A stretch of 64,000 bases of DNA from Escherichia phage humlepung. Positions within the stretch are counted from its first letter, which is position 1. Every line of letters starts with the position of its first letter. Made by a program: the position numbers and the translations under genes. Below the pieces are notes generated by a model, which saw only the letters and a program-made list of their open reading frames with translations, was not told the DNA's origin and ran no database searches. Location: sequence record MN850564.1; one strand, written 5' to 3'. This document shows, piece by piece, positions 51,274 through 61,712 of this stretch.

Positions 51274-53251
51274 AGGTCGTAAATTGAAAGAGGCTGGTCA
51301 GTTTGTTGGTCATTGCGCATGTCCACGTTGTGGTTCATCAGATGCTGGTTCAATCTATCACCATGACGATGATTCTTATTCAATGACTTGCTTTAGTTGT
51401 AACAAAGGTTTCCCAGAGTGGGATTTTGATAAAGGACAAATCGTGAGCACTTATTCTACTGGTTCAGACAATAAAAACCGTACTTTCCGTGGAATGGATT
51501 TAGACGATGTGAAAGAAAACCTTGAAGCAATGGACTTAAAGGACAGGAAGATTCCTGCAAAAGTCCTTGAACGCTTAGGTATCAAGGTTGACATTGACAG
51601 TGACGGTGAAATTGATGCGCACTTCTATCCAACTTACAAACGTAATGAAGATGGTAAGCTAGAACATGTTGGCTACCGTGTTCGTCACCGTTACCCAGAA
51701 GACCATCCAAAAGAGCACCTACGTGGTAAGCTAAAAGACTTTTCAGGTGGTGTTGGAGACATTAAAGGTGAACTGGCAATGTTCGGTTCATGGATTGCTC
51801 CAGAAGGTGGTAACCGTCTATTCATCTGGGAAGGTGAGATGGAATGTGCGACAGCAATCTATATGACCTCTCTTGCGATTAAAGACAAGTCTCGTCGTAA
51901 GAATTACTGTCACGTATCTGTTCCATCAGGTGCAAACATCAAGTCTATCAAAGACAACTATCAGTACATTACATCATTTGATGAGATTTACTTGTGCTTT
52001 GATAACGATGAAGCAGGTGCTAAAGCTACCAAAGAGGCTGCTGGTATTCTCCCTATTGAGAAGGTTCGTTTATTCCAGTATCCAGAAGGTGTAAAAGACC
52101 TTAACGAGTGGTGGACAAAGTTCTATAAAGAGAAAGATACAGTTCTGGAAGGATTTAAGCAGCGTATCTACAATGCACCTCGTTACTGTCCTGCTGGTAT
52201 CAAGAACTTCGCAGATGGTTTTGAGGCAATGAAGAATCGTGGTCAGATTCCATTGATTCCTTTCCCAGAATCTTTCGGAGATTTGAACAGACTGACTTAT
52301 GGTGGTTATGGTTTAGGTGAGATTACAACTCTGGCAGCACCATCTTCAGTGGGTAAATCTGCATACACTCGTGAAATGATTTATACTGCTTGGAAAGATA
52401 CCGATTATAATATTGGTGTAATTCCTGTAGAAGATACCTATGAAGAGTTGATGGAGATGCTTTGTGCAATCCACCTGAGCAAGCAGATTTCTGAGATTCC
52501 TTATGATGAACGTGATTGGGATGAATTGAAGGAGGCACATGCAGAACTATCTAAAGGTCGTCGTATCCACATCGTAGACCATCAAGGGGCAATTGACCAA
52601 GATAACTTACTGGAGTTTGTTGACTATCTTGTTAATAGCTTAGACTGTAAGATTATTATTCTTGACCCTATTACGTTGGCTCTGTCACGTTCAGATACGG
52701 ATGAAGAGGAAGTTTTGTCTGAGCTATTGCGTCGTTGCAAACGCTACCAGTATGCACAAGTGAACGTCTGTCACGTTCGTAAGAGTGCAGGTGGTCAGAA
52801 GGCTAACTCTGAAGGTGGGGATATCTCTGAAGAGGATATTAAAGGCTCTGGTGCGTATTTCCAGATTTCTATGAACAACATTCTGTTAATGCGTAACAAG
52901 GTTGACCCAGACCCTGTTAAGAAAAACTTGACAAAAATCAAGCTAACTAAATGTCGTCGTCACGGTAAGTCGACGGGTATTGCTGGTCATACTTGGTACA
53001 ATCCAGATACAGGACGCCTCATCAAAGCATCTGGTTGCGGAGTTGACATTGATGGTGCAGCAGAAAATATTCGCCAACAGTTTGGTATTGGTGAAGCTGA
53101 AGACCATTACGATGACTCTTTGCCACATTATGAGGATGAAGTGTTTGACCGTGAGACTGGTGAAGTCTATACTGAAGAGCAGCGCCAAAGCTCAACGATT
53201 CCACCTGTATTAAGTGAGGATGCAGATGACTGCCCATTCGAAACTGAGTGA
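51266..53251 (+). CDS. bifunctional DNA primase / DnaB-like helicase (T7 gp4-like)
   Basis: N-terminal zinc finger CPRCGS...CFSCNKG; helicase Walker A AAPSSVGKSAYT; ATG 51266 with GAAGAGG RBS. Confidence 0.8.
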   Translation: MSKGRKLKEAGQFVGHCACPRCGSSDAGSIYHHDDDSYSMTCFSCNKGFPEWDFDKGQIVSTYSTGSDNKNRTFRGMDLDDVKENLEAMDLKDRKIPAKVLERLGIKVDIDSDGEIDAHFYPTYKRNEDGKLEHVGYRVRHRYPEDHPKEHLRGKLKDFSGGVGDIKGELAMFGSWIAPEGGNRLFIWEGEMECATAIYMTSLAIKDKSRRKNYCHVSVPSGANIKSIKDNYQYITSFDEIYLCFDNDEAGAKATKEAAGILPIEKVRLFQYPEGVKDLNEWWTKFYKEKDTVLEGFKQRIYNAPRYCPAGIKNFADGFEAMKNRGQIPLIPFPESFGDLNRLTYGGYGLGEITTLAAPSSVGKSAYTREMIYTAWKDTDYNIGVIPVEDTYEELMEMLCAIHLSKQISEIPYDERDWDELKEAHAELSKGRRIHIVDHQGAIDQDNLLEFVDYLVNSLDCKIIILDPITLALSRSDTDEEEVLSELLRRCKRYQYAQVNVCHVRKSAGGQKANSEGGDISEEDIKGSGAYFQISMNNILLMRNKVDPDPVKKNLTKIKLTKCRRHGKSTGIAGHTWYNPDTGRLIKASGCGVDIDGAAENIRQQFGIGEAEDHYDDSLPHYEDEVFDRETGEVYTEEQRQSSTIPPVLSEDADDCPFETE

Positions 53252-53321
53252 TAGTTATAAAAGAGAGGGGTTCACACCCTTCTTTGAAGAAAAAAGTTTA
53301 AATAAATTTCAGGAAGAGTGT

Positions 53322-53350
53322 TTGACAAAGATTGATAGATTCTATAGAAT
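53322..53350 (+). promoter_or_regulatory. Sigma70-like promoter TTGACA-17-TAGAAT
   Basis: Exact -35 and 17-nt spacer. Confidence 0.55.
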
Positions 53351-53503
53351 GCTCCTCATGAAATGCGATGGAGAGGTTGAGATAAAAGAAGATTTTCACC
53401 AGAGCATGATTACAGTCATCATTGCGCTGCCTCAGCATAATATTAGTTGGCTGTTTATAATTAAAGAAAATGTGTTTGAATATCAAGTATATCGGAGAAT
53501 ATC

Positions 53504-53653
53504 ATGAAACACTCTAAAGCATTTGAAAAAGTTTTTGGGGATTCCTTAAAAGCCACTGCTGGAAAACCAGCAAAATACTATGAAGAAAAACGTGTAAGAA
53601 CTGGAAAAACTGCACGTAAAGCAGCTTCTAAAGATAAGCACAACTTCCAGTAA
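53504..53653 (+). CDS. small basic protein (49 aa), possible
   Basis: ATG with GGAG RBS; Lys-rich; below ORF-track size cutoff. Confidence 0.3.
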   Translation: MKHSKAFEKVFGDSLKATAGKPAKYYEEKRVRTGKTARKAASKDKHNFQ

Positions 53654-53660
53654 TTAGTAT

Positions 53661-53689
53661 TTGACAATAGAGTATCAACAAACTAGAAT
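53661..53689 (+). promoter_or_regulatory. Sigma70-like promoter TTGACA-17-TAGAAT upstream of SSB-like gene
   Basis: Exact -35 and 17-nt spacer. Confidence 0.55.
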
Positions 53690-53725
53690 TGGTACTCTTC
53701 ATAAATTGAGATAGAGGTTTAAATA

Positions 53726-54583
53726 ATGTCTAAAGTTGTTAAAATGAAAGCTCCGGTAGAGAAATACAATGGTACTGAACGCCAAACTCTGCGATACCTG
53801 CTGAAAGATGTCTGGTTTTATTACCTGAACACTTCACCACGTCCGGGAAAAGGTAAGTCTATTGATAAGAAATTCCCAGGCAAAGACTGTAACTACAGCG
53901 TATCAATTCTGGCAGAAGACGGTAACAAACTGTTTAAAGAGTTTACTAAGTCTAAGAAAAATCCAGAAGGCTGGGATAAAGTCACTACTGAAGCAGTTGA
54001 TGCAGATGACTTCGAAGAGAAGTTTGGTTGTAAACCACCTTTTGAAGCAGACACTTACTACATCTTGAAAGTAAGTCGTGCAGCAGCTTATAAAGATGGT
54101 GCTGTATGGACAGCTAAACAGTCATTCCCTGTGATGCTGATTGAAGAAGTAAATGGTAAGCGTGTAGCTGTTAAACAGCCGATGAAGAAAATCAAAGCTC
54201 AAGCATCTGATAAACATGAAGATGACAAGAACTATGATGTAATTCATCCAGATATTGCAGTCGGTAACGGTTCTTTTGGTAGTGTGATTCTTTCTACTCA
54301 CTTCTACACTTTTGAGAACAATGTTCTGACAAAACCTATTCAGGAACAGTTTATCATTGATACTCTTGTACCTTACACTGGTGGTAACGGTGCTAACGGT
54401 GAACCTGAACTGGATGAAGACGAACTGGCTATGCTTGGTCTTGATGGTGTCGAAGATAACGGTGAAATCACTGAAGAAGATGCAACAGACCATAAATCTT
54501 CGAATGAGTCTGATGATGGTGATGATGAAGATTTGCCAGACCCAGATGACGAAGAAGATGAAGACTTCGATACAGAAGACTAA
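53726..54583 (+). CDS. single-stranded DNA-binding protein (T7 gp2.5-like), putative
   Basis: Highly acidic C-terminal tail DDGDDEDLPDPDDEEDEDFDTED; replication-module context. Confidence 0.55.
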   Translation: MSKVVKMKAPVEKYNGTERQTLRYLLKDVWFYYLNTSPRPGKGKSIDKKFPGKDCNYSVSILAEDGNKLFKEFTKSKKNPEGWDKVTTEAVDADDFEEKFGCKPPFEADTYYILKVSRAAAYKDGAVWTAKQSFPVMLIEEVNGKRVAVKQPMKKIKAQASDKHEDDKNYDVIHPDIAVGNGSFGSVILSTHFYTFENNVLTKPIQEQFIIDTLVPYTGGNGANGEPELDEDELAMLGLDGVEDNGEITEEDATDHKSSNESDDGDDEDLPDPDDEEDEDFDTED

Positions 54584-54602
54584 TCTCTAAAAGTTACTTT
54601 AA

Positions 54603-54629
54603 AGCCCTGTACTTAGTATGGGGCTTTTT
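54603..54629 (+). terminator. Hairpin agccc...gggct + TTTTT
   Basis: Stem and T-run after SSB-like gene. Confidence 0.4.
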
Positions 54630-54645
54630 CATATGGAGAGCCATA

Positions 54646-55686
54646 ATGGAGAAGTACACATTAACAAAGCTTCCCGATTCAGTTACACATGTTTTTATTG
54701 ACTCTGACAGTATTGCCTATAAAGGTGCTTGTGTAGTTGAGAAAGCAAAGTATAAATATGTCAATAAACTCACAGCAGAAGAGTCTGAGCCATTTGATAA
54801 TGCGAAAGATGCTGCAAGATGGTTAGCAGACCAGAGAATCCTTGTGGAAGAGCTTGGCCTGACATTTAATGAAGATGAATGGGAAAGGCAGACTTGGAAA
54901 GAAGCTAAGAGTGAAAAAGAAGCTATCATGGCTACTCAACAGGTTCTTCAGGAATGGCTTAAGGTTGTTGGTAAAGAGAGAATTTGGGTAGGTTATCTAA
55001 CAGAGAAAGGTGTGCATAAGCATAAAGACATTAAAGGTCTTGAGCACCAATATCAAGGTAACCGTAAAGATGCTGTCACACCAACACACTTAGTTGCTTG
55101 TCGTGAGTATCTTCTGTCAAGACCAGAGTTCAAACTAATTCTTGATGGATTTGAAGCCGATTCTATCGTTATTGCTAAAGCTGAAAAGATGGGTAAAAAG
55201 GCTGCCTTGATGAGTATTGATAAAGACCTTCGTCAAGCTGAAGGGACTTACTGCATTGATATGACCTATGAAAAGTCACCTTTGATTTTCATTGCTGACA
55301 ACAACGTAGGTGAAATTTGGGATTGCCCAATAAAATCGACACCAAAAGCTAAGAAGACAGTTGGGGTAGGTTTTAAATTTCTTTGTTACCAAGCTGTGGC
55401 TGGTGATAATGCTGATAATTATTTTGGTTTAAAGGGCGTTGGTAAGGCTACTGTAATGAAAGCACTTGAAGGTAAAACCACCTACAAAGAGTGTCTTGAT
55501 GCAATTTATGAGCTTTATGCTAAGAAAGAGTCATATACTTATGTCTCGTGGGATGGCCAAACAATTACCAGAACACCTTTAGAGTTAATGCAGCAACACT
55601 TTTTCTTAGCTTATCAGGAAAGAAACAAGAAAGACGATTTCACTTTTAAGAAATATAATTGGGAGCCGTGTATGAATGAAGATTAA
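54646..55686 (+). CDS. 5'-3' exonuclease / flap endonuclease (FEN, RNase H-like)
   Basis: H3TH-like motif AGDNADNYFGLKGVGKATVMKAL. Confidence 0.7.
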   Translation: MEKYTLTKLPDSVTHVFIDSDSIAYKGACVVEKAKYKYVNKLTAEESEPFDNAKDAARWLADQRILVEELGLTFNEDEWERQTWKEAKSEKEAIMATQQVLQEWLKVVGKERIWVGYLTEKGVHKHKDIKGLEHQYQGNRKDAVTPTHLVACREYLLSRPEFKLILDGFEADSIVIAKAEKMGKKAALMSIDKDLRQAEGTYCIDMTYEKSPLIFIADNNVGEIWDCPIKSTPKAKKTVGVGFKFLCYQAVAGDNADNYFGLKGVGKATVMKALEGKTTYKECLDAIYELYAKKESYTYVSWDGQTITRTPLELMQQHFFLAYQERNKKDDFTFKKYNWEPCMNED

Positions 55687-56173
55687 AGGATTTGGCAATT
55701 GCCCTACCTATGGTCATTGGGTATCTTTATGTGGGGAAGTTGACCCCACTAAACATTTTGGTTTTGTCTATTTAGTGTACTGCAAAAAGACTGGACAGTA
55801 TTATTTGGGTAAGAAACAGTTTAATAGCGTGACCAAAAGAAAAGTTGCTGGTAAGACTCGGAAGAAGATAGTCACTAAGGAAAGTGATTGGCTGACTTAC
55901 GAGACTTCTTCTGAGTATATCAAAAAAGATATTGAGAGCTTTGGAAAAGAATCTTTTGACTTTTACATTATTCAGACCTACTACACAAAAGGTGGCCTAG
56001 TCTATGGTGAAGCAAACCTTCAACATAAATTCGATGTAATGACAAAAAGGATTGACTCGAAGCTCAGACTCTTCTACAATGCCAATATTGCAGCAATTAA
56101 GTTTATTACTAAAGAAACTTATGAAGATGCTGAAAAAAGAATCCATAAGGTAATGAAAGCAAATTGTGCTTGA
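55676..56173 (+). CDS. GIY-YIG-like endonuclease, putative
   Basis: N-terminal GFVYLVY...TGQYYLGKK resembling GIY-(10)-YIG. Confidence 0.45.
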   Translation: MKIKGFGNCPTYGHWVSLCGEVDPTKHFGFVYLVYCKKTGQYYLGKKQFNSVTKRKVAGKTRKKIVTKESDWLTYETSSEYIKKDIESFGKESFDFYIIQTYYTKGGLVYGEANLQHKFDVMTKRIDSKLRLFYNANIAAIKFITKETYEDAEKRIHKVMKANCA

Positions 56174-56194
56174 TAACTATTGAGAGAGAATAAA

Positions 56195-56443
56195 ATGTTT
56201 AACAAAAGTAAAGCTGTGAGTCATGTAGCAAAAGTTGACAGCAAGATTGAAGAACTTGAGCGCATCCTTGCAAATGCTAGAGAGTCAATAATTAAAGAAG
56301 TTGAAGCTGTTGAGTCTCAAATGCAGCACCTAATGCTTAAACGTCAAGAGCTACGTGAACATCTAGAATATATTGAAACACGAGAGCTAAAGGTTAACAA
56401 ATATTTTAAGGAGTCCGAATGTTTAACTCAAGAGAATCAGTAA
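56195..56443 (+). CDS. hypothetical coiled-coil protein (82 aa)
   Basis: ATG 56195 with GAGAGAG RBS (track start is TTG). Confidence 0.4.
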   Translation: MFNKSKAVSHVAKVDSKIEELERILANARESIIKEVEAVESQMQHLMLKRQELREHLEYIETRELKVNKYFKESECLTQENQ

Positions 56444-57174
56444 AAAACTGGAACCTTCGTTGTGGAAACACTCAAAAGCAACCTTACAGTGATGAGTATT
56501 GGGAATCTTTAAAATCTCAATCTCTGTGTATGCTTGAAGAAGCAAAAGAGCTTGTAAAAGCAATTGAAGAGAAAGACCCCATTGAGACACTGGATGCTCA
56601 GGCAGATTTGCAATATGTTCTTGACGGCTTGATTTATCTGTCACAACATGACCATAACGGTGCTATGAAAGCTGTTTGCCGTAATAATGACCTGAAGTAC
56701 ACAGATGACTATGAAGAAGCTTTAAAACGTCTTGCAGACATTGAAAAGCGTACTGGTCAAGAGTGTATTATCAGAATGTCAGTAGTTGATGGTAAAGAGT
56801 GGTATGCTATTGTTCGTGCAGCCGATGGGAAGATTATGAAGCAATCAAATCTCCCTAAAGTACAGCTTGGTGAATACATTGTAGAACTTGAAAGCCAAGA
56901 ACTTTTTGTGGTAGTATCTGAGACATGCGTTATCTGCAAAGGTATTGTAGGTAGCTTAAAGGATTTGGGTGTAGATGGTTTTGTAGAAGTTAATCCAATT
57001 ACCTCTAAAGCAGATAAAGACTTCTGTAAAGAGAACGGACTATGGATTGCAGATATTGTCTACTATGATGGTGAGCAGTTCCATGTAACCTCATACCCGA
57101 AACTGAATTATGATGCTAATAACCTGAAGTGCTGGTTAAAAGGGGTTGGTTATAATGGATTCACAGAACATTAA
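56419..57174 (+). CDS. hypothetical protein, weak resemblance to MazG-like pyrophosphohydrolase
   Basis: EEAKELVKAIEE...DLQYVLDGLIYL helix pattern; AAGGAG RBS. Confidence 0.4.
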   Translation: MFNSRESVKNWNLRCGNTQKQPYSDEYWESLKSQSLCMLEEAKELVKAIEEKDPIETLDAQADLQYVLDGLIYLSQHDHNGAMKAVCRNNDLKYTDDYEEALKRLADIEKRTGQECIIRMSVVDGKEWYAIVRAADGKIMKQSNLPKVQLGEYIVELESQELFVVVSETCVICKGIVGSLKDLGVDGFVEVNPITSKADKDFCKENGLWIADIVYYDGEQFHVTSYPKLNYDANNLKCWLKGVGYNGFTEH

Positions 57175-57478
57175 TAAAGAGGGTGTGGCTCAGAAGAGCC
57201 ACTTCTCAAACTACAATATTTCTATGACGGTGTTTATGAATGACCCGTTACTAGAAAAATATGGTGAGACTCCAGATACACTTCTGGACAATGAACAAGT
57301 TTTAAAAGCAGTCCTGTACAAATACGGTATTGATATTGAGAAAGAGTATTCTTTTGAAATCTGCCAACACAGAAACACTTTTGGTAAAGTTGTGATGGCT
57401 CCACTCTTTATGGGCGTAGAAAGGACTGACTATGGCTGGTTGTATCTGAAAAGAAACTTGGAGAAATACCGTGTCTAA
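57155..57478 (+). CDS. hypothetical protein (107 aa)
   Basis: ATG 57155 with RBS. Confidence 0.4.
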   Translation: MDSQNINKEGVAQKSHFSNYNISMTVFMNDPLLEKYGETPDTLLDNEQVLKAVLYKYGIDIEKEYSFEICQHRNTFGKVVMAPLFMGVERTDYGWLYLKRNLEKYRV

Positions 57479-57806
57479 AGCAAAAAAGCTATCTTATGAT
57501 GACATTATCTCAGGTGCTAAGTTAGGTGTTGATAGTATCGGACAAGATGTTAAGCACGGAGACACAGTCATGTACTGTGATGACCGAAGAGGTAGAAGTG
57601 CAATCTTGTTTGGAAGAATTGTTTGCAAGATGAGAGGTAATTACGTTGTTGCAGACATGGATGTGAACGTTACACAAAAACTTGAAACAATTATGGATGC
57701 TAGCGCACCATCATGGTTCCTAAATTGTATGCACACCTCGTCAGTCACAAAAGTAAGTGATAAGTTTTACGATATGTGGCAGAATGAGCAAATTTTCAAG
57801 ATTTAA
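57471..57806 (+). CDS. hypothetical protein (111 aa), GTG start
   Basis: GGAG RBS 7 nt upstream of GTG. Confidence 0.4.
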   Translation: MSKAKKLSYDDIISGAKLGVDSIGQDVKHGDTVMYCDDRRGRSAILFGRIVCKMRGNYVVADMDVNVTQKLETIMDASAPSWFLNCMHTSSVTKVSDKFYDMWQNEQIFKI

Positions 57807-57812
57807 ACTATG

Positions 57813-57834
57813 GAGCCTCTTCGGAGGCTCTTTT
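57813..57834 (+). terminator. Terminator gagcctc-ttcg-gaggctc + TTTT
   Basis: Perfect 7-bp stem with tetraloop and T-run. Confidence 0.6.
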
Positions 57835-57852
57835 CATCTGTAGGATTCAAAA

Positions 57853-60087
57853 ATGATTAAGACAATTAAAAAATCAAACGGTACAGTAGTAAGCTTTGAC
57901 CCAGAAAGACTGAATAAGTGGGCATCATGGGCAGATAAACGTGGGATTATCTGGTCAGAAGTCACTATGGAAGCCATGAAACGTGTCTATGAGGGTTGCA
58001 CTACAAAAGAGATGCACCAAGCCATGATTGATGTTTGTGTTGATAAACAAACTCAAGAGTACTCAGATATGGCTGGACGACTGCTTTTGGGTATTATCTA
58101 CAAAGAAGCCTTTGGAGGCTTTACTAAGGTTCCTACGCTGGTTACCTTCGTTAAAAATATGGAGAGAGCAGGACTTTGGGAGAAGATGGATTATTCACAG
58201 GAAGAGCTTGAATACCTGCAAGGTTACATCGTACACTCAAAAGATATCTCTTACGGTTATGCAGTCTTGAAACAGTTCAGAGACAAGTATGGTATCCGTG
58301 ATATTAAAACGGGAAGACTTTTTGAGTCACCACAATTTATGTTTATGGGTATGGCTATGAAAGCTTTTGAGAAGCAACCAAAGCACCGTAGACTGCAAGA
58401 TGTTATCAAGCTGTACACTTATCTATCTGACCTGAAGATTAATGCTCCCACACCTTATTTAAACGGTTTAAGAGCTACTAAATCAGGTTATGCGTCATGC
58501 TGTTTGATTAAGGCGAATGATACTGCTGAATCTCTAGGTATTGCTGCAAAGGTTGCCTATGACATGACCACAAAGCAAGCTGGTATTGGGATGCTGATGG
58601 AGACTCGCACTATTGGTGATGGCATCCGTCAAAATACTATTGAACACATGGGTAAGCTGCCTTATTATAAGCTTGTACGTTCATCTGTAGAGGCAAACAA
58701 ACAGAAGAGTCGTGGTGGTTCAGCTAATAACTTCTACACTGCTCTAGACCCGCAGATTGAAGATTTACTGCGTTTGAAGCACCCTACAACGGTTCCTTCT
58801 AAACGTATTAATGAGATGGACTACTCATTCGGCACAAACGATTATTTCTGGCAGTGTGTTCAGTATGATACAGATTGGTTGCTATTCTCTTACAAAGATG
58901 CACCAAAACTCTATGACATGTTCTACACAGCATCTGCTGATGAGTTTGCTATGGCAGTTGGTCACGCAGTACATACAGGAGTTAAGCACAGACGAGTAAA
59001 GGCTCGTGAAATTGCTAAGCTGTTTATTCAACAGCGTTATGCTACAGGTCGTGTGTATCCATTCTTCACTAACAATGCAAACACACATACACCATTTAAA
59101 GAACCATTGAAGATGTCAAATCTTTGTATGGAAATTGTATTGCCAGTGTATGGTTTTGAGAAAGAGACAGACCTTTACAGAGACGATGCTGTGAAAGAGG
59201 ATGGTGAGGTGGCTCTTTGCTTCCTAGCTAGTTTGGTTGCAGGGAGAATTTCAGAAGATGAATACGCTGACGTTGCTTATTATGCTCTTGCAATGGTTGA
59301 CTCCGTTATTGACCTTATGGATTATCCGTATCCGTCGATGCGTAACCATGTTCAGAAGCGTCGTTCTGTTGGGATTGGCCTTACAAATGTGGCTCATTAC
59401 CTTGCGAAGAACTACGTGAACTACTCTTCACGAGCAGGTAAAACGAAACTTCATGAACTTGCAGAGATGCACTCTTACTATCTGCATGAAGCCTCTCTGA
59501 GACTTGCTAAAGAGCGTGGCGTTCCAGAGTACATGAAGTTCACTAAGTATCCTGAAGGCTGGGTTCCTCCAAAGACAGCTAACAAGAAGATTGATGAAAA
59601 GCATGATGCAAAACTACGATATGATTGGGATGACTTAGCACAACGTATCAAAGAAAATGGTGGAATCCGAAACTCTGTATTAGAAGCTTACATGCCTAAT
59701 GAGAGTTCTTCACTAGCAACTAATACGACAAACGGCTTGTACCCAATTCGTGACTTTATTTTAACTAAAAAGTCTGCAACCGGTAACGTACTGTTTATTG
59801 TTCCAGATTATGAAGAACTGAAGTATGTCTATGAAATTGCTTGGGATATTGACACCTTTGATATGATTGATTGTTATGCAATTGTTCAAAAGTTCACTGG
59901 TCAGGCTATCTCTTCAGACTTCTATGTTGACTATGCAAAGTCTAAGAAGGTATCATTGGCTCAAGCTTTGAAGTACATGATTTATGCCAACTCGGTAGGT
60001 ATGAAAACCATGTACTACCTTAACAGTCGCATTGGTGTAGGTAAATCTGCACTGCAAGATGCTTATTGCGAGGGTTGTGGTGTTTAG
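57853..60087 (+). CDS. nrdA: ribonucleotide reductase class Ia large subunit
   Basis: 744 aa; N-terminal ATP-cone-like region; catalytic-site signature SNLCMEIVLP. Confidence 0.9.
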   Translation: MIKTIKKSNGTVVSFDPERLNKWASWADKRGIIWSEVTMEAMKRVYEGCTTKEMHQAMIDVCVDKQTQEYSDMAGRLLLGIIYKEAFGGFTKVPTLVTFVKNMERAGLWEKMDYSQEELEYLQGYIVHSKDISYGYAVLKQFRDKYGIRDIKTGRLFESPQFMFMGMAMKAFEKQPKHRRLQDVIKLYTYLSDLKINAPTPYLNGLRATKSGYASCCLIKANDTAESLGIAAKVAYDMTTKQAGIGMLMETRTIGDGIRQNTIEHMGKLPYYKLVRSSVEANKQKSRGGSANNFYTALDPQIEDLLRLKHPTTVPSKRINEMDYSFGTNDYFWQCVQYDTDWLLFSYKDAPKLYDMFYTASADEFAMAVGHAVHTGVKHRRVKAREIAKLFIQQRYATGRVYPFFTNNANTHTPFKEPLKMSNLCMEIVLPVYGFEKETDLYRDDAVKEDGEVALCFLASLVAGRISEDEYADVAYYALAMVDSVIDLMDYPYPSMRNHVQKRRSVGIGLTNVAHYLAKNYVNYSSRAGKTKLHELAEMHSYYLHEASLRLAKERGVPEYMKFTKYPEGWVPPKTANKKIDEKHDAKLRYDWDDLAQRIKENGGIRNSVLEAYMPNESSSLATNTTNGLYPIRDFILTKKSATGNVLFIVPDYEELKYVYEIAWDIDTFDMIDCYAIVQKFTGQAISSDFYVDYAKSKKVSLAQALKYMIYANSVGMKTMYYLNSRIGVGKSALQDAYCEGCGV

Positions 60088-60142
60088 TTTTAATAACTAT
60101 GAGGGTCGTAAAAGACCCTCTAAAAATAACTTTGGAGAGACC

Positions 60143-60400
60143 ATGAAAGATTTAATAGAAAAACATGAGCGACCTATATACTTGCTCCACAAGCCTCGGA
60201 AAACGATGTACTATGTGAGTAGCACAGACATGATGATAAAACAAAAGGATGACTCATGGGTTGCTGGTATCTCTTACATCTCTACAGCAGATGGTAAAAT
60301 CTACGCAAGACCTTATGAGATGTTCAATGAAGAAAATTGGGAAGTTTTAGACAGAAAACAAGCCTTAGAAATGATAAAGAAAGGAGAAATCACACTATGA
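60143..60400 (+). CDS. hypothetical protein (85 aa) between nrdA and nrdB
   Basis: ATG 60143 with GGAGAG RBS. Confidence 0.4.
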   Translation: MKDLIEKHERPIYLLHKPRKTMYYVSSTDMMIKQKDDSWVAGISYISTADGKIYARPYEMFNEENWEVLDRKQALEMIKKGEITL

Positions 60401-61470
60401 TTAACCAGCACCCAATCTTTTTAGGTGGTGAGAGAAAAACTTTTGACTCACTTAATAAGCACTACCCAAAAATCTTTGAACTTTATAAACAACAAAAAGC
60501 ACAAGACTGGTCAGAAGATGAGTTCCCTTTTGAGCAATCACGTCTTGATTTTGAGAGTGTGCCAGCATCAATGTCAGGTGTAATGCTTGAGATTCTTAAG
60601 TGGCAGTGGGAAGCAGATACCCAAGTTGCTAAGAGCTTGGCATTCGCCTTTGCACCATTCATCTCTGATGATATTTATGCAACTGCAATTATGAAGCAGT
60701 CTGAGATTGAAAACCTACATGCTCTAACTTACTCGGAGATTGTAAGGCAATGTATTAAAAATCCTGAAACAATCTTAGATGAGATTAACCAGAACGTTGC
60801 TGTACAAGACCGATTAAAAACTGTGAATCGTGTTCTTGAAGAATTACTAGATGAAGGTATAAACTACCGACTGAGTTATGTCCGTGGCTCACTTCTGGAC
60901 AAAGACCCTTTACACTTCCATAAAGTGATTCTGAAAGGTCTATTTGCAGTGACTGCACTGGAAGGTATATCTTTTATGGCATCCTTTGCATGTACTTTTG
61001 CACTTGATGCTCAAGATAAATTTCAGGGTATTGCTCAAGCGGTACAGAAAATTATGCTTGACGAAATCCTTCACACTAAAATTGATATTGAAGTTTTAAA
61101 AGAAACTTTAAGAGATGATGAGTGGCAGAAAGCTTTTCAACAAATTCTTCCAGAGATTAAAGTAATCTTAGATGAAGTAGTTGAAAGTGAAGAGAAATGG
61201 TCGTATTATATCTTCTCCGAAGGACGTGCTGTAGTTGGCTTAAATACAAAGCTTCTTCATGAGTGGGTTTACTATAATGCTGCCCCGCTGTATGACATGT
61301 TTGGCATTCAAAGAGATTTTGTAGCTCCTAAAGAACCACCTTTGAAGTACATGATTAAGAAGATGGAAATTGATAAAGAGCAGAATGCTAATCAGGAGCA
61401 ACAGAACGGTGCGTACCTGTTGAATACTGTTGTAGACGATTTGAATAGTGGATTTTTAGAGGTTCCTTAA
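60397..61470 (+). CDS. nrdB: ribonucleotide reductase class Ia small subunit
   Basis: ALEGISFMASFACTFAL...DEILH matches NrdB iron/radical-site region; ATG 60397 with AAGGAG RBS. Confidence 0.9.
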   Translation: MINQHPIFLGGERKTFDSLNKHYPKIFELYKQQKAQDWSEDEFPFEQSRLDFESVPASMSGVMLEILKWQWEADTQVAKSLAFAFAPFISDDIYATAIMKQSEIENLHALTYSEIVRQCIKNPETILDEINQNVAVQDRLKTVNRVLEELLDEGINYRLSYVRGSLLDKDPLHFHKVILKGLFAVTALEGISFMASFACTFALDAQDKFQGIAQAVQKIMLDEILHTKIDIEVLKETLRDDEWQKAFQQILPEIKVILDEVVESEEKWSYYIFSEGRAVVGLNTKLLHEWVYYNAAPLYDMFGIQRDFVAPKEPPLKYMIKKMEIDKEQNANQEQQNGAYLLNTVVDDLNSGFLEVP

Positions 61471-61712
61471 TGACTTATGTAATTTACTCCAAAACTGGAT
61501 GCCCTCAGTGTGAGACTGCAAAGAATTTTGCAAAAGCTCGTGGTATTGACCACGTTGTGAGAATGTTAGGGCAGGATTATGAGCTATCAGACCTGATGGA
61601 TATTGCACAGATGCCAGTTCGTCAGATGCCATTCATCATGAAAACTGATGGACAAAACCTAAAACCTGTTGGTACGCTACAGAATTTTATGGCAGAGGTG
61701 AATAATGCTTAA
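61470..61712 (+). CDS. glutaredoxin/NrdH-like redoxin
   Basis: CPQC active-site motif in 80-aa protein directly after nrdB. Confidence 0.7.
   Translation: MTYVIYSKTGCPQCETAKNFAKARGIDHVVRMLGQDYELSDLMDIAQMPVRQMPFIMKTDGQNLKPVGTLQNFMAEVNNA

Noticed and set aside
53214-53507. 97-aa ORF overlapping the 3' end of the primase-helicase gene
   Set aside because: Contains a consensus promoter (53322-53350) within it and lacks an RBS at its first start; treated as intergenic.
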